From Salpingoeca rosetta (Eukaryota; Protista; Choanoflagellata), in contig JAWQFM010000001.1 of the NCBI GenBank assembly GCA_033442325.1, forward strand, positions 3,011,968 to 3,075,967: DNA of 64,000 bases. Reading direction: 5' to 3'. The translations under genes were made by a program, and so were the position numbers. How positions within the stretch are numbered: the stretch's first letter is position 1; every line of letters begins with the position of its first letter. The notes under the pieces were generated by a model. It was given only the letters and a program-made list of their open reading frames with translations. It was not told the DNA's origin and did not search any database. Below, piece after piece: positions 13,062 through 31,301 of the stretch.

Positions 13062-14000
13062 GACAGACAGACAGACACACACACACACACACACACGCAC
13101 GCACACGCACCGGTGAGGAGGCCGACAAAGCCTGCGTAGTATGTGGCGTTGAAGAGGGTGTTGCCGTTGCGGACGACGCGTGCGTTGAAGAGGAGCGGGC
13201 GCAGCTTCTCCGTCAGGGCCCACGTCTCGTTCGCCTTGTCCCAGCCAAAGCCCAGGCCAAAGTCGAGGTTGCGCGCGTGGAACACGTTGCCTTCGCTGTT
13301 CTGCGCAACAATCGACGTGCAGCCGCCCTCAATCTCATAGCCCATGTTGTACAGGATGAGCGCGCCAACGTCCACCCCCGTGGCATTGGCAATGCCGCTA
13401 CAGCGTTGAATGAGAAGCAGAATTGGCGGGGCGAGAGGGCGAGAGGGCGAGAGGAGGAGGAGGAAAGAGAAGAGGGTAGGCGAAGAGCCAACAGAATGAG
13501 GGACAGAAATGGAATGAGAGATCGACAGGCAGGCAGGCAGGCAGAGCTACACTGTAGAGCATACAAACATAGGTACACGTACATACAGCGTATGCGCGCG
13601 CGCACACACACATAATCAATCAATCAATCAATCAAACAAACACACACACACACACAAACAAACAAACACACAAACAAACAAACAAACAAACAAACCGGAC
13701 ACACGATGCTTACCGGATCTCGTCACCGTAGGGGGCGGGGAAGGCGTCAAGGATTTCGTCAGCCTTGGCATCAATGTGCTCCATGAGGGTCTTGCGAAGC
13801 TGGGCAGGGATCAGGTCGATGACTTGGTAGATCATGTCGTGGATCTGCTTGGCCTTTGGCCGCACAACATGTGCCCAGCGTTCCTGCGCACAACATGGAT
13901 AATGGGAGGGTAACGGGATCGATCAATCAAAACAAACAGCAGACAATGAAGAGTGGGATGGGAGGACATGCGCGTTCGTATGCGCTTGTGATTGCAAGAG

Positions 14001-14083
<83 letters not shown>

Positions 14084-14348
14084 CTTAAACAACAACAACA
14101 ACAACAACAACAACTTAAACAACAACAACAACAACTTAAACAACAGCAACAACAACTTAAACAACAGCAACAGCATGCACACGTACCTGTGGAGGGAGAT
14201 CCAGGTCGATGGTGTGCCATGGAAGCTCGGTGTTGGTTGGCGGGTAGAGGGACTTCATGTTGCACTTGGCAGCCGCAGCCGCGGGCGCGGGCGCAGCCAC
14301 AGCCACAGCCACGCAAGCTGTCACAAACAACACAGCGCGCACGTTCAT
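12242..14348 (-). CDS. ASAH1: Acid ceramidase (Ntn hydrolase); exons 14348-14187, 13883-13714, 13397-13111, 12798-12242
   Basis: Signal peptide; IDLDLPPQ|ERW; autocleavage site GG/CTSIVAQ; HARNLDFGLGFGWDKANETW (ASAH1-type insertion, absent from NAAA); GFVGLLTG; ETNYDNW...DDRR; C-terminal CDTHPCTPW. All junctions are GT-AG and in frame. Confidence 0.92.
14002..14172. repeat. (CAA)n microsatellite in ASAH1 intron 1
   Basis: Long run of caa units with a few cttaaa/cag interruptions. Confidence 0.95.
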
Positions 14349-14691
<343 letters not shown>

Positions 14692-17492
14692 ATGATGAAT
14701 GCGGGGAGAAGAATACACGAAAGGGCCAAGGCAGTGGCATCCCTCGTGCCCAAGAGCATCTCAACCCTAAACATCGCTGGAGGAAGAAGAGGGCTGACGA
14801 CTGCGGCAACAAGAATCTCGGCCACAGCTGCTGCAGCTACAACTACAACAACATCCACAACGGGAGCAATCAGAACGCTGATGGCGAGGGCGGGTGGGAG
14901 CACGAGTTGGCTGATGTCATTGGCAGCTATTGCGAGAGGAGGAGGAGGAGGAGGAGGACAGCCACAGCAGCGGCTGATGCGCTGGCTACAGACGAGTGCA
15001 GGACGAGCAGCCCGCACACCAGCAACAGCGCTCGTGGCTGAGAACACGACGATGGTGCCAAGAGCGGGTGGCCGGCGCACTCGGGGTTTCATGCTGTTGC
15101 ACCATTTGCAGACGCAGCAGAACCGCCACTTGCAAGGAGCACGCCGGTGCCACTTCAGCGCCGTCAGGCGGGCGTTCTCGCAGCAGGCAACGCCTGCCGA
15201 GACAACTGCCCGGACACGCTTGTTCCCTTTTACGCTGCACATTCCGCGCGCGGGCTTGCGGGTGCTTGCAGGCGTGGCTGCCATGGGCCTGGTGACGTTT
15301 GCCATGCTGTACCCGTTTGCATGGGGGAATTCATGGGTGGACGCCCCGCGCGTGTTCTACACGGCGCTCAAACGCAACCTGGCCGACTTCTACTGCGTGC
15401 TGCGCATGGTGTACCACTACCGCAAGGAGCTCGGCTCGCTGCCGGAGGACATGGACCCAAAGGAGCGCGCTCGCCTCACGCACGAGTGCCACCTCAAGTG
15501 CGCCAGGCTGCTGCGCGACCTCTTCTGCAACAACGCCGGCATCTACATCAAGCTGGGCCAGCACCTTGCAGTGCTGGACTACGTCATCCCCAAGGAGTAT
15601 GTGGACACGATGCAGATTATGTTTGACAAGGCACCCACGAGCGATCTCAACGAGGTGTTTGCCGTCATCGAGGCGGACCTGGGCAAGCCGGCCGAGGAGC
15701 TGTTCCAGCACTTTGACACCACGCCCATCGCATCTGCGTCGCTGGCGCAGGTGCACCGGGCAGTCACGCACGACGGCCAGAAGGTGGCGGTCAAGGTGCA
15801 GCACATGGGGTTGCGGGAGGAGAGCAGAGGCGACGTTGCAACTGTGCGTTTGCTCGTCGACATTGTTCGCTTCTTCTTTCCAGACTACGACTACACCTGG
15901 CTCATCGAGGTGCGGCAACGTCTCTCGCTTTGCTGTGTTTGTGTTTGTGTTTGTGTTTGTGTTTGTGTTTGTGTTTGTGTTTGTGTTTGTGTTTGTGTTT
16001 GAGTTTGTGTTTGTGTTTGAGTTTGAGTTTGAGTTTGAGTGTGTGTGTGTATGCGTACGCGTTCATGTGTGTGATTGTGTGTACGCGTTCATGTGTATGT
16101 GTATGCGCGTGTATGCCTATGGTTTTTGCGTTGGTGTGTTCATGTGTCTGCGTCTGCGTAGGCGTTCATATGTGTGCATATGTGTGTGTCCTTGTGTGTA
16201 TTTGTTATTATATGTATTTTTCTTTGGCGTGCATTGTCACACATCACATCACGTCACATGACAACCTGTGTTTTGCGTTTCCACGCCTTTCCTCTGATTG
16301 CGCTCACATTGACAACGCAACACCTTTGCTCAAACCGGAACAGGAGGTGCAACGCAACCTGCCGCTGGAAATGGACTTTGAGCACGAGGGCGCCAACGCC
16401 GATGCCTGCAGGCACATGTTTGAGCACCGCGCCGACGTGGACGTGCCCGAGATCCGCTGGGACCTGAGCAGCAAGCGCGTGCTCACCATGGAGTTTGCAG
16501 AGGGGTGCAGCCTCTCTGACGTGGACGGCCTGCGTGACAGCGGCCTCAACCTCACCACCGTCTCCCGCATCGTGACGGAGCTCTTCAGCGAGCAAATCTT
16601 CATCCACGGCCTCGTGCACTGCGACCCGCATCCGGGCAACCTGCTTGTGCGGCGCGACGCACGCGGCGCCCCCGTGGTGGTGCTGTTGGACCACGGCCTG
16701 TACCGACAGCTGGACGAGGACTTTCGCGATCTCTACTGCCGGCTCTGGCGCGCTCTCATACGCGGCGACGCAGAGGACATCAAGATGTACGCAGAGCGCA
16801 TGAACGCGGGCGAGTTTTACTTCATCTTCGCCGCCATGCTGACGTACAAGGGGTGGGACGAGGTGATTGGCGGCACGGCGGCTGCGCGGCTTGAGTTGCG
16901 AGGCACCGAGGACGAGAAGGAGGTGGCCCGGTCCAGTGTTGCAAAGTACTTTCGCGAGATCAACGCCTTGCTTGCACGCATTCCGCGCGACGTGCTGCTC
17001 CTGCTCAAGACGAACGACTGCCTGCACGGCCTGGAGAACAAGCTGCGCCAGGCAGATGCGCACATCATGCCGGGCCTGACCCACGCCACCATGGCGCGCT
17101 ACTGTCTCCAAGGCATCCGCATCCTGCCCACGTACCACAACTTCCTCTCCGTGCGGCGCGACATGCTGCTGCTTGAGCTGAAGCTGTTTGCCATGTGGCT
17201 GGCGTTCCAGGTGCACGAGGCCACGGGCTACAATCCCATGCACAGCATCCTCCGCGCACTCGCTGCTGCGAGCGGCAGCGGTGGCCGTGCTGGCGGTGTC
17301 GACGTCGTTGTCGATGTCGATGCGGTTGCTGGTGACGGCAGCGAGCATCAGGTCAAGTCTGCGACTGAGGCGACGAGTGATGATGACGGTGCTGATGATG
17401 GTGGTGGCTGTGACAAGAGCAGGAGCAGGCAGACAAGGGCGCAGGTGGCAGCTGACGAAGTCGAGGCCGCTGCTGCCGTTGCTTCCCAGTGA
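14692..17492 (+). CDS. ADCK1: ABC1/UbiB/AarF-domain atypical kinase ADCK1-like; exons 14692-15909 and 16344-17492
   Basis: GIYIKLGQH, PIASASLAQVH, VAVKVQH, LPLEMDF, HCDPHPGN, LLDHGLY, LLLLKTNDCL. Long Arg/Ala/Thr-rich N-terminus resembling a mitochondrial presequence. Confidence 0.92.
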
Positions 17493-17579
17493 CCACCACA
17501 ACCACCACCACGTTAACGGAAACAGCAGCGAAACAGCAGCGATTGCTTGATGTTGGTGCTGATGTGATGGCGCTGTGGA

Positions 17580-17616
<37 letters not shown>

Positions 17617-17954
17617 GTCGTGAGTGTGTTTGTGCGTGTGTGTGTGTGAAGTCGTGAGTGTGTTTGTGCGTGTGTGTGTGCCTGCGCGTGTGTTTTGCGT
17701 CGACTATTGGGTGACAGCGCCACTGTAAGATGTGCTCAATATTGTTATGATGATAAACAACCAATTCATGTGATGACTAGTTTATTGCCGCGTTGCCGAC
17801 GGTGGCACATGATGGCCCACCACCTCAAACTGAAGCATACTGAACTCAAAAAACAAAACAAACCATGAATTGGCAGTGGAGGAGGCGGATAAGTTAGTTA
17901 TACTTTGGAAATAACTGCGTTGCTTGTAACAACAGCTGTTCCTGGACACACATA

Positions 17955-18036
<82 letters not shown>

Positions 18037-18070
18037 TGTGGAGTGCTAGGGGTGTGAGAAGCGACCCTTG

Positions 18071-22594
<4,524 letters not shown>

Positions 22595-23840
22595 GCCGCC
22601 ACAACAACCTCCTCAGCCAAACACGCACGCACGGTAAATGCTGCTTCTGCTGTTGCTGCTGCAGAAGGGGGAGAAAGGGACACGAAGAGTGTGTGGGGGG
22701 GGGGAGGAGAGGAGGTCTGCTCGTCTGTGTGTGTCGTGTGTGTGTGGGTTGTGGGTACGTGCTGTGCTTGTGCGTGCTGCTGCTTTTCCTTCGACACTTC
22801 TCTTTGAGCTTCTCCGTGCCTATGTGCGTCTGTGCTGCTGTTACTCACTCACTTGCTGAAGCAACAACAGGACATGGGCAAAACTCACTTGCCGACACAC
22901 GCACACACACGCGATGAATGTTGATGCATTCAGGATGCAGCCGCTCTGTCTGTCTCGGTTGCCAGTTGCGGTCGCAGTTGCAGTGGGTGATGGCGGCGGC
23001 GACTGCGGGTGTTGCTGGGTTAAGCACATGAATGCCATGCCTCGCTGCGGAGGAACATTGCGGGCATCCCGCGAACAGGGCATTGGAAGGACCATTGGCA
23101 GCCGTGGGGACTGTGCGTGTCGCTGTGCAACGCACACAGCCACCACGCATGCACAACGTGCCATTCCCACACGTCTGCACTGGACTGTGGCTCGCTCGGA
23201 ATGCGCAACATGCTTCGCAACGACCGCCTTGAACGTCTTACCCGCATTTGACAGAAACTTATGCGCATCTTCCATTTTTAATCGACATGTAGATAATATG
23301 CAAAGTTATCCACAAACTATCCAATGCATAATTGTTATTTTGCGCCTTGATTTGACGCAATTCTAACAAAACCTTTCCCCAAACCAAAACAAGCAACAAG
23401 CAAGCAAGCGACAAACAAAGAAGCCAACAAAGCAGCAACACAAACCCCCACTCACTGACACTTGCTTGGCGCAGCCGTTCTTTGGTGGTGAGTTTGTCGA
23501 AAAGAAACAAACAGGTCGACAGTGTGAATGGGTGTGAATGTGTGCGTGTGTGCATGTGTGTGTGCATGTGTGTGTGTGTGTGCATCGATGTGTACGCGTG
23601 TGTGGTGTGTACACACAAAGCGCCACAGCGCCGCTTCTGTCTCACAGCAAGGTCTCCTTTGTGCGCACCACGAATTCGGTGCATGCATGATTTGCAGACA
23701 ACGAACCAACCAACAGAGCAAGCAAGCAAGCAAGACAGAGGTTTCAGTTTCGTTCGTGTTGCAGTGTCGACACAAAGCAACACGCGCATCTGTCGTTCAG
23801 CGCCCGAGGTGTCGGCTGCTGAGTGACACGAAGCAGCGCC

Positions 23841-26800
23841 ATGGAGACGCTCAGGAAATGGCTGGGCGTGTCGGAGTCCGAGCTTATGGACGCAGACAGC
23901 GTCCAGGACCGCTTTGTCGACCTCTGCATGTCTGGCGACATTGACGACCAACAGGTGTGTGTGTGTGTGTGTGCTTGTGTGTGTACTTGTGTGTGTGCTT
24001 GTGCGTACTTGTGTGTGTGCTTGTGCGTACTTGTGTGTGTGCTTGTGCGTACTTGTGTGTGTGTGCTCGTGTGCTTGTGTGCTTGTGTGTGTGCTTGTGT
24101 GTGTGCTTGTGTGTACTTGTGTGTACTTGTGTATGTGTGTGTGTGTGTGTGCGCGCTTGCGTGCTTGCGCTTGTGGGCGTGATTGAATGCATTTGTGGGG
24201 TTCTATGCATGCGTTGGTGCCTTCGTCCCTGGCATTCTTGCTTACCCACCATCTTGTGCCTCGTCTTCATCCCCTCCCCCCGCCCAACTTTGTTGATGTA
24301 GATCTCGGCTGAAGCCCGAGACATGATTCGGGAGGCCAAGGCAAGCAAGGGCACCGACAAGCAGAAGAAGAAGAAAAAGAGGAGCAAGAAGAAAAAGAAG
24401 CAGAGCGAGAAGAAGGTGAGAGCCATCGTCTTGCCAAAGGGCATTGGGATTCCCACATTCCCACACGCCTGCATGCTGAGCCACGCCTCTTCCCCTTGTG
24501 CTCTTTGAAATGTGCCGAGCTGGCGATGTTCACATGTCGTTGTTGTTGCGCTGCAATGCTTTGCTTTCGTCCTCCACATGGAATTAACTGTGGACCAATT
24601 GACAGGCATGTGTTTCCTTTGTTTTGACAACACCCGCTGCATTGACTCAATACTCACACGCTCGCCCTTGCATGCCTCTTTTGTTTTCTGTCTTGTCTTG
24701 TCTTATCTCCCCATCCCATTCCCTTTATTCCTTTGTGACCCACGCCACAGCGGCCGTTTGTGGTCTCTGTGCCGGGCCTGCTGTCGCCGTTCAACGCGTT
24801 TGCGCAGGTGCGGGAGCGAGTGCTCAACGCGCGTGCCCGCGCTATTGGTGTCAGCAAGTCGCTCAAGACAGACGACCTTGGCGTTGCCACCTCCACCAAA
24901 GCCGAGGAAGAGGAGGGCGAAGATGAGGACAAGGACACCGAGGCCAGCCAGGCTCCCGCGCCGCTGTCCAAGGTCCGTTTGTGAACGTGCGTGCGTGTGT
25001 GCGTGCGCACGCGTGTGTGCGTGTGCATTTTGTTTACGCGTGTTTGTAACAGTATGTGAGTATGAATTGTTTTGCTGCATATGGATGCCTGCAAACGCGA
25101 TCAAGCTGCTCACGCCCACCTCTCCTCTTCTCCCTCCCCCCTTTCCCCCCTCTACCCACAAATCCCCCTCTACCACACCACTGTTGCCCTCCCTCAATAA
25201 CGTAACAGCTGACGATGATGGGGCTGCAGTCCACGTTTGAGATTGTGCAGGACGTGTGCACAGCAGACACCGCGCTGGCGGAGCGCATGCTGCTGTCCCT
25301 GCTCAAGATCCTGGAAGGCCTTGACCCAGAGGCCATGTACGCGGAGGACGCCGAGTTGCTCAACGAACTCGCCACCATGTTCACCCATCTTGTTACCTCG
25401 GTCAAGAACAACCGCCTCAAGGCCATCCTCTACCAGGTGCAGCAAGCACGCCTGTCGCTGTTGTTGTTACTGTTGTTGTTACTGTTGTTGATCTGTTGAC
25501 TATTGTTGTTGCTGCGTGGGAAAAGCCGACTACACCTCTGTTGCTTGTGCGTGTGTGTGCGTGTGCGCGCGTGCATGCTTCGTTCACCCAAACGCTCATC
25601 TGCATCTGTGTTGGCGCGGTGTTCAGTGCATGCTTGCGCTTGCTGTTGCCCGCGGCGATCCAAGCAAGACGCTGCCGACCATCCTGCCGCTCCTCAACGA
25701 CCACTCCTCCGTCCCCGTCACCATGCCAGAGGTGCGCGTGCGCGCGCGTGCGTGTGTTTTTGTATGTCTGGTGTGAGCGTGATGCGTGGCGCGTGGTTGC
25801 CTTTTCTTGTTGTTTGGGGTTTCCCAGGTTGGCTGTCGCCCATATTCTCGACCGCCAGTATCGAGGCTGCTGACACAAACTCACCACCCCTGTCCTGCTC
25901 ACACATTCCTTCCGCTTTTGCTGCCATGACGTAACTGACGAACAGAATATGAAGACGGTGGTGGCGAGTGCCCTGAACCACGCCTACCCGAACAACACCA
26001 TTCCCTGGGTGAAGGTGTGCCCTGGCCCTGCAACGCAGCTCTTCTCCATGCCCTTGGCCGACTGCCTTCCCGGCGCTGCAGAGCGTGCGTTCATCATGCA
26101 TTGCACTGCAAATCTGTGTTCTTGTGCTTCCCTTTCCCTTTCCCTGTCCTCTTTGTTTCTGTTTTTTTTTCCCTCCCTTCCGCCTTTCCCTGTGCTGTGT
26201 TTGCGTTTGGTCGCTCGTCCTGCTCCCACATTGTGTTTTCACCCCTGCCCCATTCGCGCATCTCACTTTGAATGATCTCCACCCCCTTTGACAACATTCC
26301 ATATCACCTGCGCGCCTGCTTTCTTGTCTGCAGTTCCACGCGACACGCCCAAGGCGCTGGCTGTTGGCGCAGATCACGTCATCTTCCTCTCCGGGTCGTC
26401 CATCACAAAGGTGACGACGCACCAGCGCACCGCGGTGCTTGTTCACCGTCAATACCCGTGATGCTGGTCGCGTTTGCATTGCTGACACCCACCGTTTGAT
26501 ATGAGCCGAACTGTTTGTCCCACACACACGCACACACACACACATGCACACGCACACACACATACACACGCACACACGCACATACGCACACACACACACA
26601 CACGCACACACACGCACACATACACACGAACACACTCGTACACACGTTCTTGTGAAAACACCAATCTTGTTGCTCACCGCCTCGCTTGCGTGATTGCTGC
26701 GCAGCTTGGGTCTGGCTTCAACGGCACATCGCCCGGCTTCTTCATGGGGTCGATGGACCTTGACCCGTCCTCTGGTGGCTCGTGGCTCGGCTACGTCTCG

Positions 26801-27532
26801 GTAAGCAGTGCATCCACCCACCCACCCGTGGCGTCCAGACACACCTGATGCGCAATAGCTGACCTCCTCTACTCACTCACTCGCTCACACTCTCCCACAC
26901 TCACTCACTCCCTCGCTCACACTCTCCCACACTCACTCATCGTCGCACTTCTGTGCGCAGGGGCGGCTGCTGTACCGCAGTGAAACAGATGCGAGCGGCG
27001 TGTTCCTGCTGATTGACAGCACCACATTGCAGCCGACCGGTGTGATTGCCCAGGTCTCCGACAGCGCCAGCCTGGTGCGTGTTCCTATTGCGGCATTTCT
27101 GCACGATCGCGCATGCACATGTCACCTGACACGCGTGAAAGCACACAGTGATTGCAATGCACCCACCATAATGCATTGCAATGCACCACGCAAGGACACG
27201 CTACACCACACTACCCCACACTCCACCACATTACCCCACACTCCACCACAATGCATCACAGCACACTGCCACAATCCACCGTTCCACACGTAACACACAT
27301 GCACGTGACGATGCTTCCTCGTGTGTGCAGATTGGCGATTTGCCGTACTGCCTGTTCACATCACCCTCTGGCGACCTGGGTGTTGTCGAGGACACGCCCA
27401 ACGGCTGGCGCTACCGCATCCTCACCATCGGAACAGTCAACGGACAGCCGAGCCTGACAGACAAGTGCGCTATTATTGATCATGTTTCGTGCGAATGTAC
27501 CTTTATCACTGACATGGAAATTTGCTCGTGTT

Positions 27533-27600
<68 letters not shown>

Positions 27601-28179
27601 CAACATCGCATACCCACGACAGACGCGGGGGCGAGGGGGGGGGACGGAGAAAGGGAGAGATAGTAGTCGCGGAGCAACAGAGTTTTGTGTGGGCGGGCGA
27701 ACCGAGTCCTGGACGCCCCCTGTGCCGCGGGCGAGCACCCCACCTGGAAGGGGGTCCAGCGCTGGTCGAGAAGCGTGCTCACGGTAGCAGACTGATGATA
27801 GCAGTGTAGTACAAAGCGCAAATCGGCTGCACGACGAAGGCTGCAGAGTATGACGAAGGATGCAGGGGACTAGCAGTAAGACAGAAGAATTAGTTCCGGA
27901 AGGAGGATTGGGGTAAAGATTGGCGTATAGCCGGGTTTACAGTTGGGATCGGGGGTTGGTTGAAGCGCCAGGGAGCGAGTGTGAGTGCGGCAGTATCGAG
28001 TCGTGCAGCGGGTAGTTGGCTGTGCCTACTACCCTATACAACCAGTCTCTGGCATCCGAGCCCATCCCAAACTGTTACCNNNNNNNNNNNNNNNNNNNNN
28101 NNNNNNNNNNNNNNNNNNNNNNNNNNNNNNNNNNNNNNNNNNNNNNNNNNNNNNNNNNNNNNNNNNNNNNNNNNNNNNN

Positions 28180-28232
<53 letters not shown>

Positions 28233-29484
28233 ACGACACACACAACCAAAATGCACGCACGCACACATACACAAACATACTCACACAATCACTGCCACCG
28301 CCGCTCAATTGCAGGGAGACGCGCATGCTGTCGACGGCAAAAGTGCACGTTCGTCTTGACGGCGCGGCGGATTGGTCTGTGGACGACGGCCCGTCGCGTG
28401 AACTCACCTTTCCCTCGGGCGTCACCCCGCTGGAAGTGGTCACGGGGCAGTCGTTTGCCGTCGCACGCAGCGACTCGGGCGACCTGTTTGTCACCAGCAC
28501 TATCCCCAAGCTGTTTGGCGTCGACATGGTGCGTGTTGTTGTGTCTACTGAGACCGGTTGTGTCACATGTGTGTGTTTTTTGTTGTTGTTGTTGTTGTTG
28601 TCGTTGTTGTTGTTGCGCCTCGTGCGCTGTGTGCTTTCCTCGCACCTGCTTCCACTCCCCCCTCCCCACTTTTCCTCGTCCTTCCGTTTTGGGCTGGTGA
28701 AGGCAGCGAGGCTGAATTTGCTGTTCTACGTGCTCTGCGCTGCTTCAGTGTCTTTGCGCTCAACCCTACACCCCCTTGTTGTTGTGCTGCTTTGTGGTGC
28801 CGTGCCAACAGCGCCAGGGCGTGTGGAATAACTTGCCTAAGCCTGCTGGGTTCTCCTGTGTTGGCCTGCGCGGCTCCCACGCCGTTGACGGCTGCCTCCT
28901 CCTCGGCGATGACACCATCTTCATCTGTACGTGTTGCGCTCTGTGTGTGTGTGTGTGTGTGTGTGGTGGAGGGGAGATAAGGAAGTGCAAGAGGAGCAAG
29001 GGACACGCCATGTGCTGTGGTATGTCATGTCCATCACCACGCTTCTTCTGACGTTTCAACGGGGGTGCCTTTTGCTTGGTGCCACAGTTGGTGAGTTTGA
29101 GGGGACCGACGAAGCAATTGAGCAGCGCCGTCAGCGCCACGCAAAGGCCACAGCTTCCTCCAGTACGTTCATCCGACAGCCCGCAGATGCTCATGCTGTT
29201 GTTTTGACATGAATACACACATGTTTGTATGCATGTATGCACTTTTGTTGCTTCTCAATTCTTTCCTCCCAAGTATCGTTTCGCTCACATCTTCCACACG
29301 CGCGCGCTTGCACACGCGCTCGCACGCACGTCCCCCTTCTTCTTCTACGCCAACAGCGTTTCTGCGGTCGTTTTTCAAGGCGCCGAGCAGCGTTGCTGAC
29401 GCGTGTCTGGCGTCCGGCATGGCTGTGCTCGCCCTCAAGGATGGGACCGTCAATGTCATCACATACAAGAGTACGTCGACCGTG

Positions 29485-29557
<73 letters not shown>

Positions 29558-30011
29558 TGTTTTGTGATTTCGTTTTTTCCTGTATACTTTTTTCCTGTAT
29601 TCGTATTTGTTGCATGTTGTGTACATGTGTGTACATATGTGTGTGCAGAGTCTCTTTGTGCACCGTGCACCCGGTGCCTCTGATGCTCGCGTCGCCGCCT
29701 CCCTTCATCCGCTTGCATGCATGTTCAGACCCCGATGGCGACAAGCCCAAGCAGCAAGACAAGCGCAAGGGGAAAAAGGACAAGAGCAAGGAAGAAAAGG
29801 GCAAGGACATCAAGTTGTCGCAAGCGGTGCTCACAACGCTGGAGGAACTGCCCGTGGGCCGCCTCTTCTCCCGCTCGGCCCGGCGCAAGGCCAAGACGTG
29901 CCACGCATGCTCGTACGTTGCCGTGTTGTGGGTTGCTGTCTCGCTGTGTCACTGTGCTGTGTGCTTGTGCCCTGGTCGTAATGGCGTGCCGCTGCGCTCC
30001 CGTTAGTTTCG

Positions 30012-30106
<95 letters not shown>

Positions 30107-31217
30107 GCACGCACGCACGCACGCACACACAACACGTATGCGTACTCACAAATGTACTTGCTTGTACTCACGTTGTCTCCAACTCACACTCTCGCCCTTG
30201 TGGTGCAGGGCCGAGTTCAGCAAAGATGATCACGTCTTCACATCCATCGACAGAGAGCTGTACGTCATGCCTGGTTTGCCCCCCGGGTGGCTGTGTACTG
30301 TCCTCTCATGCTTTGCTTCTGTTGCAACAGCACCTTCGTGCGCTCACGTGTTTGACGTGTCCTGTGTTGTTTGCAACAGGGCCAAGTTCTACTGCGAGAA
30401 GTGTGTGACCAAGAACAAGCTGTCGGAGCTCTCAGTGACATGCAAGGTGCGCGTGTGCGTGTGCATGCACATATGTGCGTTTGTGTGTTTGGGTGCGTGG
30501 ATTGGCTATGAACAGCACCTACAAAGGGCCTGTGTGCTTCTGGAGTGCCTGGTGCTTCTGATCCGTGTTTGTTTTTGAGGTCCTCTTCCTCTTCCTCTTC
30601 TCCTTCTTCTTGCTTCTTTTCTTGCTTCTTCTTCGTCTTCGTCTTTCTTCTTCTCCTGCTTGATCACTCACCTGTGATATCCCTTTAATCGCGTGTGTTG
30701 AGTGGAGTGCAGACATTGCGCGTTCCTCTGGGCGGCAGTGGCGTTGAGCCACGCCGCGTGTGTGTCAATGAGAAGCGGCTCGTTGTGCTCACGAGCGAGG
30801 GCCGCGTCTTCGACTCCCACCCAGGCGTCAACGACGACACCTGCTCCGTCACACAGGCCAGGGCCAAGGAAGAACAGGTACGCAAGTGCACATGCGCTTG
30901 CATTGGATTTTGGGCGTGCATTTTTGGTGGGAGGAGATGGTGTTGGTTGTTTGAATGCGTTCTGATAAACTCTTGTCTTGGTGCGCGACAGTTTCGCCTT
31001 TCTCTGCCGCTCTCTGTACTGATGCGCTCTGGATCCATATGTATGTGTGTGTGCGTGTGTTTGTGCGAGCAGGAGAAGCTGAAAGAGGCTGGTGCGCTTC
31101 CCTGTGATCACGATTTCAGTCACCCAGCGGGCAGTGTCGCCCACATCTGCCCCGTACGTTCTCGAGTTTGGTACAGCCATCCCACACATTCACAAACGAA
31201 CCCCGCACACATGCGCG

Positions 31218-31301
<84 letters not shown>

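Noticed and set aside
23306-23314. Perfect DnaA-box TTATCCACA in an AT-rich intergenic patch
   Set aside because: A single 9-mer in clearly eukaryotic DNA; most likely chance within a divergent promoter region.
27600-28079. Compositionally odd purine-rich stretch in a MYCBP2 intron, considered as a mobile element
   Set aside because: It follows a (CA)n run and abuts an N gap, with no convincing ORF or terminal repeats. Probably low-quality read-end sequence; the flanking exons splice in frame without it.
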